Assembly: GCA_041658785.1 (NCBI GenBank)
Contig: JBAZZL010000004.1
Coordinates: 1-59,899 of the forward strand
Length of the DNA stretch: 59,899 bases
Reading direction: 5' to 3'
Source: Patescibacteria group bacterium
Lineage (GTDB): Bacteria; Patescibacteriota; Patescibacteriia; Magasanikbacterales; UBA922
A model generated the notes under the pieces. The model saw only the letters and a program-made list of their open reading frames with translations, made no database searches and was not told where the DNA came from. A program made the position numbers and the translations under genes. Below, one piece after another: positions 49,295-58,950 of the stretch (the stretch's first letter is position 1; every line of letters starts with the position of its first letter).

Positions 49295-49403
49295 TAATTC
49301 CGATTTTGCAAAAATTAAATTCTAATTATTTTGTTAAGTTTTAGCTGTAATTTAACGTTAAGCTGCGGGGTATTATACGGAATTTAAATAACAATTGAGT
49401 ATA
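49295..49403. repeat. inverted repeat, right arm, flanking miaA
   Basis: The rc reads tatactcaattgttatttaaattccgtataataccccgcagcttaacgttaaattacagctaaaacttaacaaaataattagaatttaatttttgcaaaatcggaatta. It is near-identical to the left arm apart from a few substitutions and one ~10-nt indel. Confidence 0.95.
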
Positions 49404-49481
49404 AATATAGAATACCACAAAAATCATATTGATAAAATATGGGCGGGCAAATCCAGCTTCTTTATGATAAAAGCAAAAAGA

Positions 49482-50810
49482 CTAAGCAACAACGCCACAC
49501 AAAATCCACTCGCTCGCTTTTTCAATTTTTACTTTCTGGATTGACCCCAGCATATTTTTTTCTCCATGAAAACTAACAAGCTTCATTTCGCCAGAATTGC
49601 CAAAACACCGTCCGTCTTCAAATCTATCTACCAAAACCGAAACAATTCTACCGATATAATTTTGATTTTTTCTCAATGTTGTTTTCTCCATCAAATCTTG
49701 CAATATCTGCCAACGTCTTTTCTTTTCTGCTTTCAGCACGCTATCTTCAAACATTTTGGCTGCCAGTGTGCCGGAGCGTTCGGAATATTGCGCCGGATAA
49801 GCAATATCAAAATCACACTCTTTGTATAAAGAAACTGTATCTTGAAATTGTTCCTCCGTTTCCCCGCAAAAACCTACAATAATGTCCGTCGCAATGGCAA
49901 TATTCGGCTTTTTTTTACGAATTTTTTTTATTAAATCCAAATAAAATTCCCGATCATGCCGGCGATTCATTTTTTGTAAAATCTCGGTATTGCCTGACTG
50001 TATCGGCAGATGCAGATAATTCATTTGTTTGGGAAGCGTTAGAGCATCAATTACTTCGCCGTCCATATAAATCGGATGCGGACCTGTCCAGTTAATCCTT
50101 TTGATGCCTTCAATTTGATTGATCTCCCAAAGCAGTTTGGCAAAATCATTTTGGCGATAAGGATTTTTGGCAGAAAAATATTCCGTGTCAGACGCGATAT
50201 AACGATTGACAATCTGGCCAAGCAAAGTAATTTCCAAACAGCCGCTGGCTGCCAAGCTGCGGACTTCGGCTAAAATTTGCTTTAAAGGACGATTGCCTTC
50301 TGTGCCGCGGCTGAATGGAACTACACAATAGGCGCAAAAGTGATTGCAACCGGTCTGGATAATAACAAAAGCTTGAAACTTGTTTTTATAAGCTGGACGC
50401 AAGGCCAGATAATCTTTTTTTAAATCTTCCATCGGCCGCAGGTCCGGATTCAAACCTGCCAGCCGTTGCGGCAACTGAATAATCTCATGAATTGGAAAAA
50501 ACAAATCCACTTCTTTCAATCTTTTTTGCAGTTTTCCATCTTTATCGCGGCCCGGCATACAACCTGTCACGCAAACAATCAGATCAGGCTTTTGTCTTTT
50601 TAATTTGGAAAAATTATAACTTAAGCCAAACACCCTGTCCTCAGCGGCCTGCCTTACGCTGCAGCTATTCATAATAATAACATCCGCCTCTTCAGGCTTT
50701 TCCGTTCTAATCAAACCCATTCCTTCCAATATAGTTGTCAGCCGCTCGGAATCGCTCTTGTTCATTTGACAGCCGAAAGTGATGAGATGGTAATAATGTT
50801 GTTTTTTCAT
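49482..50810 (-). CDS. miaB: tRNA-2-methylthio-N6-dimethylallyladenosine synthase (radical SAM methylthiotransferase)
   Basis: YHLITFGCQMNKSDSE, radical-SAM CNHFCAYCVVP, and a TRAM-like C-terminus. It sits next to miaA. Confidence 0.82.
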   Translation of the reverse strand: MKKQHYYHLITFGCQMNKSDSERLTTILEGMGLIRTEKPEEADVIIMNSCSVRQAAEDRVFGLSYNFSKLKRQKPDLIVCVTGCMPGRDKDGKLQKRLKEVDLFFPIHEIIQLPQRLAGLNPDLRPMEDLKKDYLALRPAYKNKFQAFVIIQTGCNHFCAYCVVPFSRGTEGNRPLKQILAEVRSLAASGCLEITLLGQIVNRYIASDTEYFSAKNPYRQNDFAKLLWEINQIEGIKRINWTGPHPIYMDGEVIDALTLPKQMNYLHLPIQSGNTEILQKMNRRHDREFYLDLIKKIRKKKPNIAIATDIIVGFCGETEEQFQDTVSLYKECDFDIAYPAQYSERSGTLAAKMFEDSVLKAEKKRRWQILQDLMEKTTLRKNQNYIGRIVSVLVDRFEDGRCFGNSGEMKLVSFHGEKNMLGSIQKVKIEKASEWILCGVVA

Positions 50811-50969
50811 TTTTTGATAATTTACTAAAAGGCGGTAATCTTACAATAAATTGATTCAAAATTCAATATTCAAATTAAATTATAACAAAATTTAGCTAAA
50901 AATACAACAAAATCTTCTTGACTAAAAAAGAAAACTATGATATACTTTCTTTGATATTTATATCCTGCT

Positions 50970-52553
50970 ATGAATTTAGAAACTGCACAAAATGGACCTG
51001 CCAAAGAAAAAATACCTTCGTTTTTTATTGGCGATCCAAAAAAAAATAGCAGAACTGCATTCAACCCCATTGCAGGAGATGCCGCCAGGCCAACAGAAAG
51101 TGAAAACGGAGCAGGAAAAAGCGCAACTAAACAATTTATGGAGGAAATGAGAAGACAAATTTTAATAACACCGGAACGAATGAAAAAAATTCAAGAAAGA
51201 GATTTGCGTGACAGACTAAAAATGAGAGGAAAATTGAGAACGGCTAAAATTCAAGGTGAACTTGCGCTAATTACAGAGCAAAAAAAACATGTATTAGAAA
51301 AATATAAGCATGAATTGGTAGTCTTGCAAGATCTGCTTGAGGAAAAAGCGTATAAATCTGAAGAAGAAAAAAAACAGTTAGAAGACAGAGTTGCTCGCAT
51401 CCAATCAATATTAAAAACCCCTGATCAAACATCGGAAATACCTACGACGAGTGTACCCCAAAAGCTTTCAGATAAACCACCTGCAGATCCAAAACAATTG
51501 TCAGTTTCAACCGGAATATTAAGAAGACCAAAAACAGGCTGGCGGAATCGAAATCTTGAAACTAGACAAAAAACGCCAAGATATACAGAGCCTTTATCAC
51601 CTGAAACGGAAGATGATTATCCGGTATATATTGAAATTGAAGAAGATAGACAGCCGATGCCGGCAGATAGCGCGACAAAAAAAACCACAGAGTTGCCGCC
51701 GGCAGAAGCCGAGTTGTTAATAGAAAAAACAAAACCTAGAAGCGCCGAACCCGCGGCTGCGCGCCAACAAATAGCGGCAAAAACAAAAACGACCGTAGAA
51801 ATGCCACCTCCAGAACTTGCTGCTTTGCTGAACATGACTGCGCCATTACCAGCTGAAAACACCACGCTTCTTGACGCGGATGAAATTGGTCTGGAAAGAC
51901 TTCCAGATGATCTTGTGGTAGAGCACACACTAAAACCCGGCCCAGACCCAATGTCTTTAAAACCGCACTTTTGGCAAAGAACGGCATTGGCTGAATGGCG
52001 CGAAAAATATCAGGATCTGCTCAACCCGCTTGCCCCGAAGCCAGCGCCGCTAACACAGTCTAGCCAACAGAAAACAAAACAAACGGAATTTTATCCGTCC
52101 CACAGCACGCCTCCGTCAGGTATGGATAAATTGCGTAAAATGGAAAGGCAGCCAGCTAACATGGCCAAACTCACGAGCCACGTAGACAATCCTTATGCCA
52201 AACCAACCCGCGCTGAATTACAGTCACAATTTACCATACTCCGAGACAGTTTGGACACCCTGCGCCAAAATCTGGAAAAAATCGCCCTGGGCGGATGGTG
52301 GCGCAAACAAAAAATCCAATTTAAAGGCGACCAAATTCAAGATGCCGCGGATATTATGGAAAAATTATCAGCCAAAAGAGACGCGTCCAATCTGCGAAAA
52401 ATCAGAGATTACCAAGCCGCGCTTTGGCAATTGAAAAAAATTGACCTTACATTGCGCCATCGGGAACAAACACTAACAGACAACGACGAATCGCCTCCAA
52501 CCGATTTACCTACTAAAGATGAAAAAGACGAATCTTATCAACAAGCAGCATAA
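50970..52553 (+). CDS. hypothetical coiled-coil / low-complexity protein
   Basis: 527-aa ORF, Lys/Glu/Pro-rich. No family recognised. Confidence 0.5.
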   Translation: MNLETAQNGPAKEKIPSFFIGDPKKNSRTAFNPIAGDAARPTESENGAGKSATKQFMEEMRRQILITPERMKKIQERDLRDRLKMRGKLRTAKIQGELALITEQKKHVLEKYKHELVVLQDLLEEKAYKSEEEKKQLEDRVARIQSILKTPDQTSEIPTTSVPQKLSDKPPADPKQLSVSTGILRRPKTGWRNRNLETRQKTPRYTEPLSPETEDDYPVYIEIEEDRQPMPADSATKKTTELPPAEAELLIEKTKPRSAEPAAARQQIAAKTKTTVEMPPPELAALLNMTAPLPAENTTLLDADEIGLERLPDDLVVEHTLKPGPDPMSLKPHFWQRTALAEWREKYQDLLNPLAPKPAPLTQSSQQKTKQTEFYPSHSTPPSGMDKLRKMERQPANMAKLTSHVDNPYAKPTRAELQSQFTILRDSLDTLRQNLEKIALGGWWRKQKIQFKGDQIQDAADIMEKLSAKRDASNLRKIRDYQAALWQLKKIDLTLRHREQTLTDNDESPPTDLPTKDEKDESYQQAA

Positions 52554-52557
52554 CAAA

Positions 52558-52580
52558 AACTCCCGGCATGCGCCGGGAGT
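52558..52580. terminator. bidirectional hairpin between convergent genes
   Basis: aactcccggc-atgc-gccgggagtt. Confidence 0.75.
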
Positions 52581-52622
52581 TCTCTTTATCGTCCACCACT
52601 CATCAGAACAAACTTTGCTCCA

Positions 52623-54383
52623 CTATTTCCTTTTTTCTATTTCCTCTTTCACTTTGCTCACAAACTCATCTTTACCCATCTTTATCTGTTTTTCTTCCCC
52701 CCGCACCCGAATCATCAAATCTTCGCCAGACAATTCTTTATCTCCCACTACCAAAATATAAGGAACTTTTTGCGCGATCGCTTTTCTTACTTTGTTGCCC
52801 ACTGTTTCGTCTGCTTTATCAACTTCCACTCTAATTCCGGCATCTTTAAATTCTTGAGCCAACTTTTTGGTTCCATCCAAATGCTTGTCTGTAGACACTG
52901 GGGCAAAACAAACCTGCACCGGCGACAGCCAGACCGGAAACGCGCCGGCAAAATGCTCTATTAAAAACCCGATAAACCGCTCGTGCGATCCCAAAGGCGC
53001 GCGATGGATTACGGCGCAGAGTTTTTTGGCGCCGTCCCGATCCGTGTATTCCAGATTAAACCGCGTCGGCATGTATAAATCCAGCTGATTGGTGGAGATG
53101 GCGAACTCGCGGCCGATGGAGGAGGTGATGACAAAATCAATTTTTGGACCATAAAACGCGGCGCCTCCCACGTCCTCAACGCTTTTAATCTCTGATTTCT
53201 CAATCGCCCCTCGCATCATTTTCTCGGCTTTATCCCACAGCGCTTTATCGCCGTGATACTTGTCTCTTTTCGCTTCGTCAGGCAGACCGATGACAATGTG
53301 ATAATCGTTCTTGGTCAATCCCAATTTGTTGTAATAATACTCGTGCAATTTGAGTACCTGCAAAAATTCTTCTTCCGCCTGTTCCAGGGCGCAGTAAATG
53401 TGCGCGTCGTTCTGATTGATCGCCCGCACGCGCATCAGCCCAAACAAAACGCCGGACTGTTCATAGCGGTACACCATGCCGTATTCGGCAAAACGCAAAG
53501 GCAAATCGCGGTACGACTTTGGACTGGACTTAAAAATCATGTGGTGATGCGGACAATTCATGCCTTTTAAATAATAATCCTCGCCGTCAATATCCATCGG
53601 GCGGTACATATCGTCTTTGTAATAAGGCAGATGTCCGGAGGTTTCATAAAGCGTGTGCCGCGCGATGTGCGGCGTGGAAACGCGCACATATCCCCATTGT
53701 TCTTCCGTTTCTTTCGCCCACTTTTCCAGTTCATCTTTGATAATCGTGCCCCGCGGTGTCCACAGAGGCAGACCGGGTCCTACATCCTCGGCAAAAATAA
53801 ATAAATCCAACTCTTGTCCCAATTTGCGATGATCGCGTTTTTTTGCCTCCTCTTCCCGCCAAAGATATTTTTCCAACTCTTCTTTGGTCGCGAAAGCGAC
53901 GCCATAAATCCGCGTCAGCATCTTGTTTTTTTCGCTCCCGCGCCAATAAGCTCCGGCAATTTGCGTTAATTTGAACGCCTCGGGATTTATTTCCAAAGTG
54001 TTTTTAACATGCGGTCCTTTGCATAAATTTTCAAACCAATCGGATCTGTAAAAGCTGACATTCTCTTCTCCAGCTTTTTTGAGATCACGTATTAGCTCGC
54101 TTTTATAAGGATCATCTTTATATTCAGACAAAGCATTATCAAAATCAACATTATGTTGGACAAAATCAATTTTTTGCTTTATCATCTCTTTCATTCTTTT
54201 TTCAAGTTTGGAAAAAATCTCTTCCGAAATACTCTCCGGCAGATCATAATCCTGATAAAAGCCGTTATCAATCACCGGCCCCACGCCCAAACCGGCCTTG
54301 GGATAAATTTCCAAGACGGCCATGGACATGAGGTGGGAGAGCGAATGGCGAATTTTTTCTAATCGTTGTTTATCTTGCGACAT
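52623..54383 (-). CDS. thrS: threonine--tRNA ligase
   Basis: Class II motifs (FRAEDSG-type region, HRAPLGSHERFIGFLIEH), an anticodon-binding C-terminus, and second-additional-domain HSLSHLM. Start set at the ATG at 54383, because the ORF-track start at 54398 is a TTG. Confidence 0.92.
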   Translation of the reverse strand: MSQDKQRLEKIRHSLSHLMSMAVLEIYPKAGLGVGPVIDNGFYQDYDLPESISEEIFSKLEKRMKEMIKQKIDFVQHNVDFDNALSEYKDDPYKSELIRDLKKAGEENVSFYRSDWFENLCKGPHVKNTLEINPEAFKLTQIAGAYWRGSEKNKMLTRIYGVAFATKEELEKYLWREEEAKKRDHRKLGQELDLFIFAEDVGPGLPLWTPRGTIIKDELEKWAKETEEQWGYVRVSTPHIARHTLYETSGHLPYYKDDMYRPMDIDGEDYYLKGMNCPHHHMIFKSSPKSYRDLPLRFAEYGMVYRYEQSGVLFGLMRVRAINQNDAHIYCALEQAEEEFLQVLKLHEYYYNKLGLTKNDYHIVIGLPDEAKRDKYHGDKALWDKAEKMMRGAIEKSEIKSVEDVGGAAFYGPKIDFVITSSIGREFAISTNQLDLYMPTRFNLEYTDRDGAKKLCAVIHRAPLGSHERFIGFLIEHFAGAFPVWLSPVQVCFAPVSTDKHLDGTKKLAQEFKDAGIRVEVDKADETVGNKVRKAIAQKVPYILVVGDKELSGEDLMIRVRGEEKQIKMGKDEFVSKVKEEIEKRK

Positions 54384-54775
54384 ATTAATTCGATTCAAGA
54401 ATCTAACGCAACAAATTATCAGTGATTTTTAAAAATAATCAAATTTCAGTCCGCCAGCCCAAAGGACTCCTTCGTGAGCTGGCGGACAAAATTTCAAACA
54501 CCGGTATTAACATTTTGAGAATTTTGGATTTTGATTATTGGAATTTATTTGGGATTTGATATTTGGAACTTGTAATTTTTTTATCAAGTGTTGCGTTAAA
54601 AACTTGAGTCCAAGTTTGTATAATTCTGTATAATTCTGTTTAATTTTTTGTAATTTACTGCAATTCCTAATTCACGACGCACGATTCACCCTTCGGCTAT
54701 GCCTAGGGCATGCTCCGCATGATTCACCGCCAATTGTCCAATTGAATCGTGTTGCGCGCATCGTGCATCGTGACT

Positions 54776-55921
54776 TCAACGCACGCTCTTCACCACCACA
54801 TTCACGTGATCTTTGACTTGCGGCACAGTCCTAATCCACGCCGGAGTGAAATCAATGTCAACCGAGTTAACATGATCCAGAGATAAGACATACCGGCGGA
54901 TGTCATCTCTGCTCTTCCCGAAAAAAATTGTCTTATCAAGCTGTTTGCTTCCTGGATTGAGACTGGCTATTCCATCATAAAACACTGACAAGACCGTCTT
55001 TCCTGTTCCCTGATCATAAGAATCCAATGTAATTGTCGGCTCGCTGCCAGAAGGCTGAATATTATCGCTATCCATCACCGCTTTTTTCATAAGCGCATCC
55101 GTAGCGAATTTCGCGATATCATCCTTATTGTAAAATATCCCAAGCACAGTCGCGTTCATTGACATAACAAATTCGGTAACTTCCTTGCCCAATTCAGCAT
55201 TCACTTTATAGCTTTGGCCAACGACAGAAAAAATTCCAATCAGATTATCATGCCCCTCTGATGATAATTTTTTCTCTCCTTCCAATCTAATTTGCTCAAG
55301 CATCTCTTTTTCAGCTTTATCAATATCTTCTTGACTCAAAACTCCAATTGTCTTCATTCCGCCTGACATTGAACCTGCGCTTGTCCCATAAACCTCTTTT
55401 TGCCGCGCCTCATTCAGCCCCGGAATAGTAAAGTTTGCGGGTCCGATATTCCCGCTTTTACCTGCTTGATCAGCGTATACTTCTACGTCAACTGTCCCTT
55501 GGGCAGGCGCAGTATCTCCCTTTTTTAGACGAAAAAGAATCCCGTCTGGCGACAAAAATCTAGTCGTAACGACGAGCGGCTGCGCTGTTTTGGAAATATT
55601 ATGCAGAGTAATAATTCCGGCGGCGATCCCAGGCGCCTCGCTATTGCCGTTGGGAGAGAAACTCTTTGTCAGGCTTACCGTACTCGTAACAACCGCGCCG
55701 GCAACTTGGTTGGCGGACGTAGTTTCGCCAATCTCAACTGTAAAATTTACATTCACTGGTGTTGCTTTGGTAGTAATTGTGATGGTAGCTCGCTTTGACG
55801 ACATGAAGACAATCATGCCCAAAAGCACAATAGTAATCAACAAAAAAGACAAAGCGACAATTTTGTAAAACCGCACTGGCTGATTTCTTGAGACGCTTGT
55901 TTCTTTTCTTCTTGGAGTCAT
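54776..55921 (-). CDS. hypothetical membrane-anchored protein upstream of thrS, downstream of pilB
   Basis: 381 aa with a single N-terminal TM helix (IVALSFLLITIVLLGMIVF). No family recognised. Confidence 0.55.
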   Translation of the reverse strand: MTPRRKETSVSRNQPVRFYKIVALSFLLITIVLLGMIVFMSSKRATITITTKATPVNVNFTVEIGETTSANQVAGAVVTSTVSLTKSFSPNGNSEAPGIAAGIITLHNISKTAQPLVVTTRFLSPDGILFRLKKGDTAPAQGTVDVEVYADQAGKSGNIGPANFTIPGLNEARQKEVYGTSAGSMSGGMKTIGVLSQEDIDKAEKEMLEQIRLEGEKKLSSEGHDNLIGIFSVVGQSYKVNAELGKEVTEFVMSMNATVLGIFYNKDDIAKFATDALMKKAVMDSDNIQPSGSEPTITLDSYDQGTGKTVLSVFYDGIASLNPGSKQLDKTIFFGKSRDDIRRYVLSLDHVNSVDIDFTPAWIRTVPQVKDHVNVVVKSVR

Positions 55922-55992
55922 AGATTGATATTATTTTACTATACTATACATCTGCACGCAAGATGCAATCTATGTGCAAAAAATTTCGGTCT

Positions 55993-57723
55993 CTAATCAA
56001 TGACACGGAATACTTCTTCAACTGTTGTCTTTCCATTTAGCGCTTTAATAATGCCATCCTGAACCATTGTAATCATGCCATCTTCAACCGCCATTCGCTC
56101 AATATCATATTCTGAAATCTGCCCAGAGAGTATTGCTTGTTCAAATTTTTCCGTAACTATAAAAATCTCAAAAATTCCAATTCTTCCCTTGTATCCCATT
56201 CCGTAGCACTTCTCACACCCTTTGCCGGCAAAAAACTCAAGCGTTTTTTTCTGAATATCCTTTTTTACTCTCTCTGGCATGCTGTCTGCCACCTCCTGTA
56301 CGCGTCCCAAAAAATCTTTGTCCAATTCAATTTTTTGTTTGCATGATTCGCAAATCCGACGGACAAGCCGTTGGCCAATTACACAATTCAATGCCGGCGC
56401 GAGCAAAAAAGGCTTGACATTCATTGATAAAAATCTCGGAATGGCGCCGGCGGCATCGTTGGTGTGAATAGTAGATAAAATTAAATGGCCGGTGAGCGAA
56501 GCCTGTATCGCAATGTCTGCGGTATCCAAATCTCTAATTTCTCCAACCATGGCTATATCCGGATCTTGGCGCAGCATCGATCGCAAACCTTTGGCAAATG
56601 TGTATCCGCTATTTTCATCAATCTGGCTTTGGTTTATACCCTCCACTTTATACTCAACCGGATCTTCAAGAGTAATAATTTTAACGCCGGGCTTATTGAG
56701 TATATACATAATAGCGTAGAGTGTCGTACTCTTGCCGCTTCCGGTGGGCCCGGTCGCTATAATCATGCCGTTGGGGCGTTCTATTTGCCGCTTCAACTTC
56801 TCAAAAGCTTCCGCCGACAACCCGAGGCTCTCCAAAGTAATCTGCTCATGAGATTCAACCAAAAGACGCATCACAATACTTTCACCATATACTGTCGGGA
56901 TGGTGGAAACACGGACATCAACATCGCCGCTGGATAATTTTATTGAAAATCTTCCATCCTGCGGCGCATCATTGATATTTATTTTTAAAGATGAAACCAG
57001 CTTTATTCGCGACACCATCTTATTGTATTCATCTTTTCGTATTGTCGCCGCATCGTATAAAATGCCATCAAGCCTTACCCGCACAATAATTTCTTGCTCC
57101 CCCGCTTCTATATGCACATCAGACGCATTCAAGCGCAATGCAGCAGCCAAAACTGCGGTAAGGCTGTCGGTTGTAGAAGCTCCAGCTAACAACTCTTGCA
57201 GAGAATTTAAGTCTTTAACATTCGCTTGAACTTTGTCCAAATCACTTTCTTTAATTTCAATATCTTTGCTGATCGGCTTTACTGTTGGCAAAGTCTTATA
57301 CATCTCTAGAATCCGATCAAGGCTTTTTTCTGAAATTACATATACTGTTGCTTTCGCGTGATTGCGCTCTTCCAGCTGATACACGATCTCGTCAATCTGT
57401 TTCTCCGTAGGATCCAGCGCGCCAATTCGTATCTCATCTGGTGTTGCCATAAAACAGACAGCGCCCAATTCTCTGACCTTCTCTTCTGATATTTGCCGCA
57501 TTGCCGCATGGCTGATTGGAAATTTTTCTAAATCAATGTGCGAATAACCAATAGAACGCGCAAACCGCTCTGTTTCAATTTCCTTTTCTTTCAGCGCAAT
57601 TTGGCTTATTTTTTTTTCAAGTTTTTTCTCAATTTCCTTTGATGCGACTTGCAAACTCGGCGCGCCGCCGCCTTGAGAGGCGGCTGAGCCATTAGCATCA
57701 CTAATTGAATACAAAACAGACAT
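55993..57723 (-). CDS. pilB: type II/IV secretion-family ATPase (PilB/GspE)
   Basis: Walker A GPTGSGKSTT, Asp box, Walker B, His box, and a tetracysteine CESCK..CEKC. Start set at MSVLYS (57723), so that it no longer overlaps the upstream gene. Confidence 0.9.
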   Translation of the reverse strand: MSVLYSISDANGSAASQGGGAPSLQVASKEIEKKLEKKISQIALKEKEIETERFARSIGYSHIDLEKFPISHAAMRQISEEKVRELGAVCFMATPDEIRIGALDPTEKQIDEIVYQLEERNHAKATVYVISEKSLDRILEMYKTLPTVKPISKDIEIKESDLDKVQANVKDLNSLQELLAGASTTDSLTAVLAAALRLNASDVHIEAGEQEIIVRVRLDGILYDAATIRKDEYNKMVSRIKLVSSLKININDAPQDGRFSIKLSSGDVDVRVSTIPTVYGESIVMRLLVESHEQITLESLGLSAEAFEKLKRQIERPNGMIIATGPTGSGKSTTLYAIMYILNKPGVKIITLEDPVEYKVEGINQSQIDENSGYTFAKGLRSMLRQDPDIAMVGEIRDLDTADIAIQASLTGHLILSTIHTNDAAGAIPRFLSMNVKPFLLAPALNCVIGQRLVRRICESCKQKIELDKDFLGRVQEVADSMPERVKKDIQKKTLEFFAGKGCEKCYGMGYKGRIGIFEIFIVTEKFEQAILSGQISEYDIERMAVEDGMITMVQDGIIKALNGKTTVEEVFRVID

Positions 57724-57739
57724 ATGATGAAACGGATAA

Positions 57740-58720
57740 TTAGGAATGAAATCCTGCCCAGCCCAAAACTCTGCTCCCGATACCATGCTTATGCATCTTC
57801 ATGAAAAGATACGTCCATGATGCCGTAGTAAACACGCTAAATACTGAACCTGCAAATACAATAAAAAGAAGAAACAAAGCAAGCCCCGCCATCATTGCGA
57901 TAAAATACAATGTACTGCTTACAATTTGTATCGCAATAACCCACAAAAACAGCGTGGGTAAAAAAAGCAGAAAAAATGAAGCCAGCACGACAACTCCAAG
58001 CACGATATTAAGAAAAAGAATGATTAATCCTACTTCAATAGAAACCAACCAATGATCTAAAAATAGCTTCCAAGCAGCCTCAATAGCATTGCCTAGGGAA
58101 TATTCCTCTACCACGACATACCCAGCCGCATAGATGGCCAAAAAAGACAAAATCATCCCAACAATAACAACGAGAATAAACAACAGGACAAATATAATAA
58201 AATCAGCGCCGCTCGCATTGATAATGACATTAACCGTAGCAAAGCCCATAAGAATAGCGAAAGCCAAAAGCGCAATCTTTTTCAAAAGATTCAGAAAAAA
58301 TAATCGCCAAAAATGTTTTGTTCCTGCCTGCCACGCGACATCAATATCTAGCAATTTTTTCTTTCTAACAAACTGCGCGGTTGAATGAACCAGCGCGCCC
58401 TGTGACGCGACAGAAACAAAAATAAATAACAAACCAAAACCAATGAATACAACCACCAGCCACAAAAACCACATCCAGCCATCTATCGGGAGGGTAAAAG
58501 AATCTTGCAAAAACGGAGAACCAACAAATTCCGGCAAAAGAATCCAATTTGGGAAAAAAGCGTAATTACTGCCGACTAGACCCACTTTCATCACAAGCTC
58601 AAGCATGCCCATCTGCCCCAAAAAAGCGGCAAATAACCCAAATATCCAAAGTGATTTGTGGCGCCAAGCCAATTGCCAACTCTCGCGAATCGCCTGACGA
58701 TAGAGCGGTACTTTTGTCAT
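57740..58720 (-). CDS. hypothetical polytopic membrane protein
   Basis: 326 aa with ~7 hydrophobic segments. It sits immediately upstream of pilB. Confidence 0.55.
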   Translation of the reverse strand: MTKVPLYRQAIRESWQLAWRHKSLWIFGLFAAFLGQMGMLELVMKVGLVGSNYAFFPNWILLPEFVGSPFLQDSFTLPIDGWMWFLWLVVVFIGFGLLFIFVSVASQGALVHSTAQFVRKKKLLDIDVAWQAGTKHFWRLFFLNLLKKIALLAFAILMGFATVNVIINASGADFIIFVLLFILVVIVGMILSFLAIYAAGYVVVEEYSLGNAIEAAWKLFLDHWLVSIEVGLIILFLNIVLGVVVLASFFLLFLPTLFLWVIAIQIVSSTLYFIAMMAGLALFLLFIVFAGSVFSVFTTASWTYLFMKMHKHGIGSRVLGWAGFHS

Positions 58721-58862
58721 ATGATTGTGTCATGGAGCATGTAACATGAAGCCGGTAACAAATAAATAACCGCGTTAACAAGCTAGATGTTAAATGTTTT
58801 ATGATATGTGTTACATGAATAATGTTTATATTATACCACACTTTCAAAAAATAAGCACCAAA

Positions 58863-58882
58863 AAGCCCGCCAGCGCGGGCTT
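58863..58882 (-). terminator. terminator after trpS
   Basis: Minus strand reads aagcccgc-gctg-gcgggctt followed by tttggtgcttatttttt. Confidence 0.7.
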
Positions 58883-58950
58883 CACGATACACGATACACG
58901 CAACACGACACAATTCGCCATGGGTCGTGCTGTGTGCATCATGCATCTTG

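Noticed and set aside
54400-54640. T-box or other leader riboswitch upstream of thrS
   Set aside because: No T-box consensus or specifier-loop arrangement was seen. The gtccgccagc...gctggcggac hairpin looks more like the terminator of the upstream gene.
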